From a virus (lineage: Duplodnaviria > Caudoviricetes), in IMG/VR virus record IMGVR_UViG_3300009873_000018, positions 2,034 through 66,033 of that record: a stretch of DNA of 64,000 bases; one strand, 5' to 3'. The notes beneath the pieces are model-generated. The model searched no databases. It saw only the letters and a list, made by a program, of their open reading frames with translations, and was not told the DNA's origin. The position numbers and the translations under genes are program-made. How positions within the stretch are numbered: position 1 is the first letter of the stretch; the number at the start of each line of letters is the position of its first letter. Below are positions 34,522-44,685 of the stretch, one piece after another.

Positions 34522-36220
34522 GAAAGTTATCGCCGTTCACGACGTCGGCCATCGACTTGTTGCTGCGCAGCGTCGCGAGGATCTTCAGGTCGATGTTCGC
34601 GTCCTCGGCGACGATGTCGAGGTAGTCGACCGAGTGCTGCTGCGCCGCCCCCTGTGCGCGGTCCTCGCTCTGCAGCCTGTCCTCGAGCGAGAACGAGTTG
34701 CTGAAGTAGACGACGTGGCGCGCCGCATGGAGCGGGATGCCGAGCCCGCCGGCAGACGGCTGCCCGACGAGGAACCGCACGCCGCTCTCCGCGTCCTGGA
34801 ACCGCTTGCGATTATGCGTCCTGCTGTCCTCGTCGATCCCGCCGTGAAACTCGACCGTCGAGTGGATGCCGTAGGTCCACCGCAGCTTCTCCGCGATCAG
34901 GGCGATCTCGGGGCGGAACCGCGCCCAGATGACGACCTTGTGCGGGATCTCCTCGAGCTCCTCGAGCAGCGCGTCGAGCTTCGGGTTCGCGCCGGGGATC
35001 TTCACGGCCGGGTCGTCCTTCGTCGCCCCTGGCAGGAAGCCGCCGACGATCTGCTGGAGCCGGAGCATCTGCACGAGGACGATCGCGGCCGTCACGCGCT
35101 GGCCTTCGAGCTCGGCGATCATCTGGTCGCGCATCGAGTCGTACGCGCGGCGTTGCTCGTCCGAGAGGCGGACGACCCGCTTCGTGTATTGCTTCGGCGG
35201 CAGGTCGAAGCATTGGTCGCGCGTCACGCGGTAGCTGAACGGCTTGATCTTCTCTACCAGCTTCTCGACGGCGCCCGGCACGAAGCCGATGATCTGCTTG
35301 TTACCGTATCCGCCCATGATCGCGACGTCGTTGCGGAACGCATAGAAGCTCGAGTAGCCGAGGATCGCCGGGTCGAGGAACTGGAACGGCGCGTAGGCAT
35401 CGAGCGGCGTCTTCGTGATCAGGGTTCCGGTCAGGATGCGCCGGTACGCCGCCATCGACCGGAGCTTGATGATGTTCTTCGTCCGCGCCGCCGACGGTGT
35501 CTTGATCCGCGTCGCCTCGTCGACGCCGACGATCATCCTCCGGCCGGCGAGGACCTCGTAGAAGAAGTCCGCCCCCGTAGGGCCCGCGTGCTTGTCCCGC
35601 GGGCGCGACGTCGAGAACGCCTCGACGTTCACGATGAGCCAGCGCAGGCCGTCGGCCGGCTCGGCGAGCCGCTGCGCGACCTGCTGCCGCTTGCCGGCCG
35701 AGTAGACGACGACGTCCGTGCGCACGTGCGGGGGCGTCCACTCGGGGATCTGCTCTTCCCAGACGCTCTTCACGGAGTTCGGGCAGATCACGACGGCGAT
35801 GTCGATCTGGCTCCGGAGGTAGAGGTCCGTTGCCGTGTCGATGAAGACTCTCGTCTTCCCCGTCCGCTGCTCCATCGTGAGCGCGTACGCAGGTGCCCCG
35901 CGCGAGAGCGCGAAGCCTTCGAGCTGGTGCCGGTACGGCGGGGGCTCGGCGAACACGTAGTCGTCCGTCGCCTGCCGCTCGGGCGGCCGCCCGCGCGCGA
36001 CGACCTCGTTCGCGAGGTCGAACGCGTCCATCGACCAGCGCGCGTCCTGAAGGTGCTTCCTGAGATACTCGATGTTGACGCGGCTCGGCGAGACGACCCA
36101 CACCTTCTGCTTCGCATCCCACATCCGGGCATCGGGCACCCGGCGCAGGATCTCGGCCGCCTCGAACGGGGATTGTACGAGGAGCCGGCGTCGTGGGTCT
36201 AGCGTGATAGTAGTATCCAT
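34508..36220 (-). CDS. SNF2-like SF2 helicase
   Basis: MEQRTGKT, VDEATRIK, ILTGT, KVVIWARF, GGLGI.L..A, QSEDRA. Confidence 0.92.
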   Translation of the reverse strand: MDTTITLDPRRRLLVQSPFEAAEILRRVPDARMWDAKQKVWVVSPSRVNIEYLRKHLQDARWSMDAFDLANEVVARGRPPERQATDDYVFAEPPPYRHQLEGFALSRGAPAYALTMEQRTGKTRVFIDTATDLYLRSQIDIAVVICPNSVKSVWEEQIPEWTPPHVRTDVVVYSAGKRQQVAQRLAEPADGLRWLIVNVEAFSTSRPRDKHAGPTGADFFYEVLAGRRMIVGVDEATRIKTPSAARTKNIIKLRSMAAYRRILTGTLITKTPLDAYAPFQFLDPAILGYSSFYAFRNDVAIMGGYGNKQIIGFVPGAVEKLVEKIKPFSYRVTRDQCFDLPPKQYTKRVVRLSDEQRRAYDSMRDQMIAELEGQRVTAAIVLVQMLRLQQIVGGFLPGATKDDPAVKIPGANPKLDALLEELEEIPHKVVIWARFRPEIALIAEKLRWTYGIHSTVEFHGGIDEDSRTHNRKRFQDAESGVRFLVGQPSAGGLGIPLHAARHVVYFSNSFSLEDRLQSEDRAQGAAQQHSVDYLDIVAEDANIDLKILATLRSNKSMADVVNGDNFREWV

Positions 36221-36282
36221 CCGTCCTTTCCGCGTCGTAGAACTTAACCCGCGCGGCCGTGAGCTGCCAGCGTCGTTCTTCG

Positions 36283-36354
36283 TAGTATAGGAGAGAGCCG
36301 ATAGGAAAAAAATTCAGCGCTGTATTTTCCTTTTATTGGCACTTTCCTATACTA
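36283..36354. promoter_or_regulatory. bidirectional promoter module, copy 2
   Basis: 36301-36351 matches copy 1; flanked by 10-bp inverted repeat TAGTATAGGA/TCCTATACTA, i.e. a TATACT hexamer on each strand. Confidence 0.65.
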
Positions 36355-36366
36355 TATCAAGTCGAG

Positions 36367-36996
36367 CTACGGGACTCCGAGGCGCTTCCCGAGCTGCGTC
36401 CCGATAAGTACCAGTCCGACCCACGTGAGCGCCGTCTTGACGACGCTAGGCCGTCTGACCACCGATCCGCAGACGTCCGTCCTGACGCGCGTCGCGACGC
36501 TGTCTAGCCTTACCCAGTCCGGGGCGGTCACCAGCACGTCGGGGTCGAGCCGTCCGCGGCAGCCCACGTCGACCGTGAGCGGTATCGGGCTCGGCCTGAT
36601 GCTCCATGACCACGTCGGGGGCGAGGACAGCGACAGCCTCACGCTGACGTCGGCCGGCGGTCCCTTCACGGAGTCGGCGAGGCTCGAGGTGTCGGCCGGA
36701 TGCTCGACGAAGACGGTGTCCGGCCGGACGACCACGACGGTCGTCGCGGCGCTCCTCCCGGCTTTCAGCTTCTTCCTCAGGGCGGAGTTCGAGTCCTCGA
36801 GGAGCGCGAGGCGCTGCCACGCCCGGGCGGAGTCGCCCCGCCAGACGACCTTCGCGGAGTCCCGCGCCGCCTCGGCGTTGTGCGCCGCGACGAGCGCCGC
36901 GTCGCGGTCCGCCCGGAGCTTCTGCACGTAGGCCGCCGCTACGACCGCGAGCGCCGCGACGGCGAGGAGGATGTTCTTGACGTTCAGCGTCATCAT
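36367..36996 (-). CDS. membrane protein, spanin-like
   Basis: N-terminal TM, coiled coil and C-terminal TM; in lysis cassette. Confidence 0.55.
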   Translation of the reverse strand: MMTLNVKNILLAVAALAVVAAAYVQKLRADRDAALVAAHNAEAARDSAKVVWRGDSARAWQRLALLEDSNSALRKKLKAGRSAATTVVVVRPDTVFVEHPADTSSLADSVKGPPADVSVRLSLSSPPTWSWSIRPSPIPLTVDVGCRGRLDPDVLVTAPDWVRLDSVATRVRTDVCGSVVRRPSVVKTALTWVGLVLIGTQLGKRLGVP

Positions 36997-38429
36997 CGCG
37001 AAGCCTTGATCACCGGGAGCGCCCCGGTCGTCTCGGCGTCCTGTGCGCCGAGCTGCCGGAGCGTGTTGGTCCTGCCGAACCGCGGCTTGTGCTTGCCGGC
37101 CCAGTATGCGGTCTCGATCTTCGGGTCGCGGAGCCAGATCGGGATGTCGAGGAGCCGCGACCGCATCCCCTCGCGGTCGTCGAGGATCATCGCGGCCTGC
37201 ATCGGCTCCCCGCCCTGGGCGATCGACTCGGCCGTCCAGGCGTCGGTCGCGGTGAACGCCCCGGAGTGCACCGCGCGGCTCCCGTTCTCGGTGACGGCGA
37301 TGTCGGTGTGGTGGTGGCCGTACCAAAAGAAGTCGACGCGCGCGTCCTTCCGGCCGACCATCGCCTGCACGCGCGCCTGCTTCCTCGAGAACCCGTACCA
37401 GGGGATGCCCCACGTGCCGACGACGTCGTCGCCGTGGTTCAGCGCCATCAGCTTCCCCCGGACGTCGACGAACGCCGACCACGACTTCGGGGCGTGCACG
37501 TCGAGCCGGCCTTCGGCCATGTAAGCCGAGAGCCGCGCGGCCATCAGGGCGACGACCATGAAGTCGAAGTTGTCGTGCGGGTCGACGTGGTCCTTCCGCG
37601 CCGTCGTTCGCGGGTGGTTCCCCGAGACGGCGACGAGCGAGACGTACGGCACGTGTCCGAGGAGGTACGCGATCGCCTCGGCCTGCGCGTCGGCGACGGC
37701 GACGGCGGCCCGCATCGTGTTGCCGAAGAAGTTCCGGTGCTTGTTGCCGTGGATCTCGCCGTGAAGGCTGTCCCCGGTGTGGAAGATGTGGACCCGCTCG
37801 ACCCCGTGGCGCGGCAGGTGCTCCGTCGCGTACTCGACGAGCAAGCGCGACCATCGCTCGAGGCGGAGGCAGAACACGTCGAAGTTGTAGCGCTCGATCC
37901 CCCAGGTCTGGGGCGCGTGGATGACCGCGTCGGCGTGCTGGTCGGTCAGGTGCGCGACGAGGTCGACCGGGTGCTTCCCGTCGACGACCGACTTGAAGTC
38001 GACGCTCGGCTCGACGAGCTCGAGCGGCTCGACGACTTCCTCGAGCGTCGCGGCGAGCTGCTCGAACGCCGTCTGCTTCGTGTCCGCCGCGTCGAGCTGC
38101 TGACGAAGGCGGGCGATCTCCTTCTCCGCGTCTTTCTGGAGCCGCTCGAGGCGACGCAGCTCGGGGTGGTTCGGGTCGAGGCCGTCGCGCATGTCGGCGT
38201 GCGCCCGGAGCGCGGCGTCGTAGCGTTTCCGCCACCCCGGCTGGTCGATGATCCAGTCACGGATCGCCGATGGGCTCGTACCGAGCTCGAGCCCACCCTT
38301 CGTGAACACGGAGTGCACCGCTTCGCCGTAGCCGTCTTTTCCGTGAAGCCGGATGTAGTAGTCGGCCATCTGCAGGATGGCCGCGCCGAAGAGACGACGG
38401 TTCAGCTTCAACTTCTCGATGTTGCTCAT
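36993..38429 (-). CDS. calcineurin-like metallophosphoesterase with N-terminal helical/coiled-coil region
   Basis: TDQH, TGD, GNH, NHGD, GHHH. Confidence 0.85.
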   Translation of the reverse strand: MSNIEKLKLNRRLFGAAILQMADYYIRLHGKDGYGEAVHSVFTKGGLELGTSPSAIRDWIIDQPGWRKRYDAALRAHADMRDGLDPNHPELRRLERLQKDAEKEIARLRQQLDAADTKQTAFEQLAATLEEVVEPLELVEPSVDFKSVVDGKHPVDLVAHLTDQHADAVIHAPQTWGIERYNFDVFCLRLERWSRLLVEYATEHLPRHGVERVHIFHTGDSLHGEIHGNKHRNFFGNTMRAAVAVADAQAEAIAYLLGHVPYVSLVAVSGNHPRTTARKDHVDPHDNFDFMVVALMAARLSAYMAEGRLDVHAPKSWSAFVDVRGKLMALNHGDDVVGTWGIPWYGFSRKQARVQAMVGRKDARVDFFWYGHHHTDIAVTENGSRAVHSGAFTATDAWTAESIAQGGEPMQAAMILDDREGMRSRLLDIPIWLRDPKIETAYWAGKHKPRFGRTNTLRQLGAQDAETTGALPVIKASR

Positions 38430-38962
38430 CAGATCCTCAGGGTGTGGTTAGCGTCGTCCCATTCCGTGAGCTGGAGGTGCGGCTTATCCCAGATCTTCTT
38501 CCCCCGCGAGCGGAAGTGACGGAGGCCCGTCTCGGCCTCGATCGACAGCGCGGCGTTGAGCCAATCATCCCACGGGTCATCGAGGGTCCACGGCTTTCCA
38601 TCGGCGCCGACCGGGACGACGTCCACGGCAGCAGACGCGGGTACAAATTTACCGGACGCATCCTTGCGCGTCCATCCATGCGGGGACGTCTCGCAGCTCA
38701 TCGCGTTCGTCACGATCGGTCCCGGCCGGGCCCAGCTCGACGGGATGCCGGCGTTTACGCACTGAGCCGCGGTCCGTCCCTGCGCCCAGAGCCACTGCTG
38801 CCGGACGTGGTATCGGTACACCTCGTTCAGGAACGTCTCGAACCCGAGCTTCTTCATCGCCAGGAGCCAGTCGCCGAACCGACGCTCGAGCACGGGGTGC
38901 GCGGTCGCGAGGTCGCGAACGGGCTTGTTGACGTCGTAGCCTTGCGGGGGAGCGATGATCAC
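38429..38962 (-). CDS. endolysin, M15 family peptidase
   Basis: EVYR...Q..LWAQGRT...IVTNA....SPH...AVD...WDKPHLQ. Confidence 0.85.
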   Translation of the reverse strand: MIIAPPQGYDVNKPVRDLATAHPVLERRFGDWLLAMKKLGFETFLNEVYRYHVRQQWLWAQGRTAAQCVNAGIPSSWARPGPIVTNAMSCETSPHGWTRKDASGKFVPASAAVDVVPVGADGKPWTLDDPWDDWLNAALSIEAETGLRHFRSRGKKIWDKPHLQLTEWDDANHTLRI

Positions 38963-39294
38963 GGGACGCCTCCTCTCGTTATCGTCTCACAGGGGATGCC
39001 GGCTAGGACCGCGTCTACGCGGTTCTGGTAGCACATCCACCGCTGCATCGCGCGGATCTCATCGAGCGTCACGCCGTTCTGCGCGACCTGATCGTCGAGC
39101 CTCGCGCTGAGAGTATCGACGCGGGCGGTCAGGGCGATGATGTTCCTCCGGGTATCCGCCATGACGACCGCGGGCCTGAAGTCACGCCAGAGAAACCACA
39201 GGATCACCGCGATGGCGACCCCGAGCAACCACGCCCGGGCGCGCGGGGGGAAGAGGTATCCGGCCTTCTCGGCGAGCGTCGTGAGGTCGAGCAT
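38959..39294 (-). CDS. putative holin
   Basis: Single TM plus coiled coil, directly upstream of endolysin. Confidence 0.5.
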   Translation of the reverse strand: MLDLTTLAEKAGYLFPPRARAWLLGVAIAVILWFLWRDFRPAVVMADTRRNIIALTARVDTLSARLDDQVAQNGVTLDEIRAMQRWMCYQNRVDAVLAGIPCETITRGGVP

Positions 39295-42200
39295 TACGGG
39301 TATCCTCGAATCGCTTCGAGCTCGACTCGCATGTATGCGTTCGAGCCGTTGTACGTTGCCCCTGCGATGACGAGCGTCAAGTTCTCCCCCGATCCACCCC
39401 ACGTCACGCTCGTCGGGCCGGTTCCCTGCGCGACCGCGTGCAGGTTGTTCGCGCTCAGGACGCCGACGGCGCCTCCGCTCGCGTTGTAGCCGAACAGGAT
39501 GTCTTCTCGGTAGTACGCGTTCTGCACCGCCAGGCTCGCGTAGTTATCGTGCAGGTAGATCCGCGCCCGGAGCGCGAACGCCTGCGAGTCGATGTTCGCG
39601 AGCGAGAACTGGTACGTCGCCGTCGTCAGGTTGCCGATGAACGTCCTGACGTATCGTCCCGACCCGTTCTTGATGATGAACCCCGGGAAGTGGAACCTGT
39701 TGATGCCGAGGCCGAACCACGGGTCGAGCGACGGGTCGAGCACCATCGTGCCTTCGGCGTTCTGCGTCACGTTCAGGCGGATCGGGTTGCCGTTCGTCCA
39801 GGCGCCGAGGTGGCCGCGGAGCGTGATGCCCGACGTGAGGTTCCCCGTCGTGCTCGTCTCCTCCGTCCCGCCGCTCGTCAGCGAGTTGAAGTAGAACGGC
39901 GTGATCGCGTTCGGAGCGCCGACGTCCTCGTAGTTCGCCGTCAGGTCGAGGTTGATGATCTGGCCGGTCCCCGTCGTCGGCTGGTGCTCGATCCGGAAGA
40001 GCGCGCTGTGCGCCGTCGCCGTCGACGCCGCGCTGTAGACGGCGTAGACACGGCCGCTCTTCGTGTCGTTACCGTAGCGCTTGATGACGACAGCGCCGTT
40101 GGAGCCGGGGCTCGCGACGGTCTGCTCGAGCCTCACGCGCCCGTCGAAGTCGGTGATGCCGTAGGCGAAGAACGCCCGGCGCACGTTCTTCGCGAGCAGG
40201 TCGAACCGCAGCACGTCGCCGTTCTCCTGGGCGACGATGCCGTAGTAGCAATCCTCCGCGACGCCCCGTATGTCGAAGTTCCGCAGGCGCGGCGATGCCG
40301 TTGACGCCCCGATCGTCGCGAGCGACACCGCGCCCTTCACGTACACGTCACGGATAGCGACGTCCCCGACCGACGCGGTCGTCGCGCCCCAGAGGTAAAA
40401 GGTGTCCATCCCCTTCCAGTCGACGGTGATGTCCGACCCCGTGTCGGTGAACCGCCCGCCGGTCCAGCGGAAGCCGTTCACGTCGGCGTGGTGAACGAGC
40501 CGCGGCAAGATCGTCGCCGTCCCGCTCGTCGCGAACACGAACTCGGCGCCGCGCGCGTCGACTTCGACGTTGTACTTCCCGCTGAAGCTGAGGATGTAGA
40601 TGTCCGCGGTCGACGTGTTCGACCCCAGGTTGTACTTCCCCGGCGGGATGACGAGCTTGCCGTTCCAGGTCGGCAGCTTGTCGATGTACCGCTGGAGCAC
40701 CGCCCGGTCGTTCGTGACGCCGTCGCGCACGAGGCTCGAGGCCGTGACCACGGTCGGGTCGGCGGCGTCCGGCTTGTTCGCCGTCGGAGACCATGCGATC
40801 ACGTCGATCTGGGCAGTACCGGTTGCGCTTCCGAACGCAAACTCGAACTGCGGCCTGATGTACATCGTCCCCGGCGGGAAGCCGCCCGGGGCGTTCGGGT
40901 CGTCGTAGTTGTTGTAGCCGGGGTCGCCGCTTATCTTTGCGAGGTAGTAGAACCACACCTCGTAGACGTCGGGTCCGGCACCCGGCGTGTTCGTGAGCAG
41001 GAGGCGCCAGTACCGACGACGGCTCGACTGCGCCCAGCGCACCCTGTTCCACCCGGACAGCGACGGGGTGAACGTGGTGCTCGCGTCCGTCCACGCGGTC
41101 CCGTTATCCGACCACTGCACCTTGAAGTTCGCGGTCGACCCCGACGCGTTCATGTATACCTCGACGCCGCACAGGGCGAGCGGTCCGGGCGACGCCGTGC
41201 CGAAGTCGACGACGAAGTTCGCGTTCGCCGTGGCCGTGTCGACGTCGAACGCCTTCGTCGACAGGTTCTGGTCTGCGAGGTTGCTCGACGAGAAGTTGCT
41301 GAGCCCGTTGTTCGTGACCGTCCCGCCGCCGGCTTGCGCAGGATAGATCACCCCGCCGTTCACGCCTCGCAGGTAGATCCGCTTCTCGGTCCACGACAGG
41401 CTCGTCGTCGTGAACTGCCCGGTACCCGCCGGGTCGTTTCCCCCGGCGCCGGATTCGCCTTCGATCGACAGCCTGTTGAGGTCTCTATCGTATGCGATGA
41501 ACCCCGTCTTGTAGTTTACCGCGCTCGTCGGCGCGGCGTTCCCCGCGACGTAGCGTACGCGCGACAGCAGGTGGTAGACCGTGCTCTTCTCGAACGGGAT
41601 CAGCACGTCGTGGCCGTACGCGACGAGCCCGACGGACGTCGAGGTCGGCGCGAACTGGAAGACCTTCCCCCCGTACCGCGAGTCAGGCATCGGGACGATG
41701 GTGACGAACTGCGTCGACGTGTTCGGCGCGTTGGAGGCGTACCAGTTATCGAGCGAATCGAACGCGTCGAGCACGCCGTTCGGCCACGGCTTCGAGATGG
41801 GCGCCGGCACGATGCTCGTGCTCACCCACGTGCTCGCGCGGCCGAGCGTCGTCACCGCCCGTATCCGGACGTCCCAGCTCTCGCCGGTCGTCACGGGGGC
41901 AATGAAGAACTCCGTCGTGCCGCGCGGGACGCGCCCCCAGCTGTCCCACGTCGACTCCGCGGTCTTCTTCGCCTCGATCTCCGTGTAGTCGATGTATGCC
42001 GAGACGCTCTCGGTCCACCCCACCCGGATACGCTGCGTCCACTCGCCGTTCGGCTCGACGATGATCTCTGCGTCGCCGGCCGTCAGGACCAGGCCCGTCG
42101 GGGCGGACGGCACCAGCAGCGGGTCGGGGAGCGTCGAGATCGGCGGCTCGGTGACCGGAACCTGGTCGGTATAAGTATAGGCATCGCCATCGGCCTGCGT

Positions 42201-44258
42201 GAGCGTCAGGATCGGCAGGCCATCCGGATTGAGCTGCACGGCCTCGACCCATACCGGGATGTTGAACCCCGGCGTCGACAACTGCAGCTGGGGGATGTCG
42301 CCGACCTCGTAGAGCCAGCCGGTCTCATCCATCACCGCCTGCACGATGAGCCCCGCGCGGCTCTCTTTCAGCAGCACCTGCCCGACGCGCTCCGCCTGGT
42401 ATCCGTTCTGACAGAACGGAAGCTCGACCGCGAGGACGGACTCGTTGTAGTTGTCCGCCGCGAGGTACGGGTTGTAGCTGTTCTGCGAGGTGAGGCGGAC
42501 GCGCGGCCAGACGCGCTGCTCGATGTTGTATTCTTTCTCGGGGTTGATCCACCGCACCTCGACCTTGTTGTACTTGTCCGCGGCGCCAGGGACGGTATAG
42601 TTGACGCTCCGGACGTTCTCATCTTTGATCGTCCCGAAGCCGCCGCTGGCTTCGTGCGAGTGCAGCCGGAACTTCCCGTTCTGGTAGACGAGCCGCCCCC
42701 GGAACGTCGAGAGCAGCGCCTGCACGTTGTCGGCGATCGGGCGGTCGGTCGCCAAGAAGCCGTTGCCCTGATACTGCGCGACAGACACAAGCTTTCCGAT
42801 CCGCAAGGCATTAGCGCTCCCCGCGGTCCCCGACCACTGCGTCCCGTTGAGCGAGATGGTGTTCGAGTCGACGACCGTAATCGTGTAGGTATTTCCCTCG
42901 ACGTAGTAGGACGTGTCGAGCGAGAACACCCCGGAGTAGACGCCGCCGGTGAAGTCGTTCCGCAGGTCGACGACCACGCGGTCGCCGGTCGTCCAGCCGT
43001 GCGAAGTGATCGTGAACCGGATCACCGCCCCGGTCGCCGTCGCCGTCGAGGCACCGCTCACGTTCTTGAACGCGCTGTCCGCGGGCGGCTGCGAGACCGC
43101 CGTGTCGCAGACGTTCGCCATCGTCGCGAACGAGCCGTAGTCGATCTCGGACTCGTACCAGCGCACCCCCGAGAGGTTGTTCGTACCGCCCGACGCGGGG
43201 GTCACGATCGTCATCGCCCAGTACCGATGCGACCCGGCGGAGGCCCAATGGTAGTGGTTCCTGACCTGCGCCTTGGTCGTCGCGAGCGTGCCGCCGGGGA
43301 CGTCGGTCCACGCGGTTCCGTTGTCCGAATACCGTACCTTCCACACCTCGTCCCCGCCGAACTCTCCGAACTTACTGACATCGAGCCGGACGAGGTCGAC
43401 GGCCCGTCCCATGTCGAAGCTGATCTGGTCTCCGGCGGTCGCCCCGACGACGCCGACCCCCTGGCTCTGAGGGTCGTCGTCGATGAGGCCCGACAGGCTC
43501 ACGACGGTGAACCCGGTGCCCGTGACCGTTACCTGCGCGGTGCTCGTCAGGCCGTCGTAGTGCCGACCCACCCCGGCGCCGTAGACGGGGTTGACCAGGT
43601 AGTCGAGCACGTGCAGCGCGGGGTTGACCGTGTAGGCCGGCGCCGCCGTCGGCGCGCGGGGGTCGACGACCTTAGCGCCCCTGACCTTGCACGTGATCCG
43701 GGGGATCGACGCGTAGAGGTCGGGGTTATACGTCAGCTTGAAGACGAGGTACGCTACGCCGCGGCCGACGTGACGGGGCGTCCAGGCCGAGAAGATCGAC
43801 ATCGCCCCCGGGACGCTCGTCTGGCCCCCGAGGTACTTCGTGACCGTCGCGTAGCTGCTGAACGAGCTCGTCGCCGTCCCCGCCGCGTTGAACGCGATCT
43901 TGTCGTCGAAGTAGATCTCGTCGACCGCCTCGATGTTCTGCTCGCCGGTAGAAGAATGGCAGATCGCCGCGACGATGTACAGGTCTTTGTTGTCCGATCC
44001 GGTCGGCCGGATGTCGACGAGCGCGCACCCGACCTTCATCGCTCCGTAGACGACCGGCAGCGGGGCGACCGGGCTCGCGATCGTCTGCCGGTTATCGTGC
44101 ACGTCTCGGTCGATCCCCTTGATCGGGAACAACGTGCGCGACAGCATCCCCGCGCCGTACGCCGTCAGGGCGAGCGATGCGCCGCCCGTCGGGCCGGCGA
44201 AGACGATGCCGGCGACGGTCAGGGCAGCACCGACGATGAATTTCCCGACGTCACCCAT
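39294..44258 (-). CDS. tail tip/central fibre protein (J-like) with discoidin-like, FN3-like and beta-helix regions
   Basis: PLPVVYG, gp27-like core, YNKVEVRW.NP, PSAPTGL...W; two SDNGTAWTD modules; C-terminal DRAVLQ.YID beta-helix start. Confidence 0.85.
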   Translation of the reverse strand: MGDVGKFIVGAALTVAGIVFAGPTGGASLALTAYGAGMLSRTLFPIKGIDRDVHDNRQTIASPVAPLPVVYGAMKVGCALVDIRPTGSDNKDLYIVAAICHSSTGEQNIEAVDEIYFDDKIAFNAAGTATSSFSSYATVTKYLGGQTSVPGAMSIFSAWTPRHVGRGVAYLVFKLTYNPDLYASIPRITCKVRGAKVVDPRAPTAAPAYTVNPALHVLDYLVNPVYGAGVGRHYDGLTSTAQVTVTGTGFTVVSLSGLIDDDPQSQGVGVVGATAGDQISFDMGRAVDLVRLDVSKFGEFGGDEVWKVRYSDNGTAWTDVPGGTLATTKAQVRNHYHWASAGSHRYWAMTIVTPASGGTNNLSGVRWYESEIDYGSFATMANVCDTAVSQPPADSAFKNVSGASTATATGAVIRFTITSHGWTTGDRVVVDLRNDFTGGVYSGVFSLDTSYYVEGNTYTITVVDSNTISLNGTQWSGTAGSANALRIGKLVSVAQYQGNGFLATDRPIADNVQALLSTFRGRLVYQNGKFRLHSHEASGGFGTIKDENVRSVNYTVPGAADKYNKVEVRWINPEKEYNIEQRVWPRVRLTSQNSYNPYLAADNYNESVLAVELPFCQNGYQAERVGQVLLKESRAGLIVQAVMDETGWLYEVGDIPQLQLSTPGFNIPVWVEAVQLNPDGLPILTLTQADGDAYTYTDQVPVTEPPISTLPDPLLVPSAPTGLVLTAGDAEIIVEPNGEWTQRIRVGWTESVSAYIDYTEIEAKKTAESTWDSWGRVPRGTTEFFIAPVTTGESWDVRIRAVTTLGRASTWVSTSIVPAPISKPWPNGVLDAFDSLDNWYASNAPNTSTQFVTIVPMPDSRYGGKVFQFAPTSTSVGLVAYGHDVLIPFEKSTVYHLLSRVRYVAGNAAPTSAVNYKTGFIAYDRDLNRLSIEGESGAGGNDPAGTGQFTTTSLSWTEKRIYLRGVNGGVIYPAQAGGGTVTNNGLSNFSSSNLADQNLSTKAFDVDTATANANFVVDFGTASPGPLALCGVEVYMNASGSTANFKVQWSDNGTAWTDASTTFTPSLSGWNRVRWAQSSRRRYWRLLLTNTPGAGPDVYEVWFYYLAKISGDPGYNNYDDPNAPGGFPPGTMYIRPQFEFAFGSATGTAQIDVIAWSPTANKPDAADPTVVTASSLVRDGVTNDRAVLQRYIDKLPTWNGKLVIPPGKYNLGSNTSTADIYILSFSGKYNVEVDARGAEFVFATSGTATILPRLVHHADVNGFRWTGGRFTDTGSDITVDWKGMDTFYLWGATTASVGDVAIRDVYVKGAVSLATIGASTASPRLRNFDIRGVAEDCYYGIVAQENGDVLRFDLLAKNVRRAFFAYGITDFDGRVRLEQTVASPGSNGAVVIKRYGNDTKSGRVYAVYSAASTATAHSALFRIEHQPTTGTGQIINLDLTANYEDVGAPNAITPFYFNSLTSGGTEETSTTGNLTSGITLRGHLGAWTNGNPIRLNVTQNAEGTMVLDPSLDPWFGLGINRFHFPGFIIKNGSGRYVRTFIGNLTTATYQFSLANIDSQAFALRARIYLHDNYASLAVQNAYYREDILFGYNASGGAVGVLSANNLHAVAQGTGPTSVTWGGSGENLTLVIAGATYNGSNAYMRVELEAIRGYP

Positions 44259-44685
44259 CGCGTAGTCTCACGAGTTGCGTTTCGGTCCACATGCTTGCGA
44301 GCGGCAGCACGGTCACGGCTTCGTCGACCCGGCTCGACACGACCTTCGCGCCCGGCACCACGACGCCGACGCGCCAGAACGGCGTGTCCGGCGCGACGAG
44401 CAGGTCGCCGGCCCGGGCAAATGACGGACCTTCCCGAACGACGGCGCCGAACCCCCTGCGTTCTAGCGCGTCGACCGGCGACCACCCGGACGCGTAGAGG
44501 CGGGCGGCGTCGCCGAGCGACCGCCACTCAGGCCAGCCGTCGCGGATCGGGTCTCCCTCGACGTACATCGCGCGGATCGCGTCGAGCGCGAGCGCGTGGC
44601 AGTCCGTCTCGCCCCACGCGAACGGACGACCGACGATGCCTTGCGCCCATTGCGCGAGCGCCGCCTGCCAGTTGAGCGTTCTCAT
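44251..44685 (-). CDS. tail-associated NlpC/P60-like (DUF6950-like) protein
   Basis: PFAWGETDC...ARAGDL; position before tail tip. Confidence 0.75.
   Translation of the reverse strand: MRTLNWQAALAQWAQGIVGRPFAWGETDCHALALDAIRAMYVEGDPIRDGWPEWRSLGDAARLYASGWSPVDALERRGFGAVVREGPSFARAGDLLVAPDTPFWRVGVVVPGAKVVSSRVDEAVTVLPLASMWTETQLVRLRDG

Noticed and set aside
40488-44675. 1395-aa + strand ORF and many other long Arg/Ala/Pro-rich ORFs in the track
   Set aside because: Antisense or off-frame shadows of real genes, caused by high GC and few stop codons; no motifs or RBS
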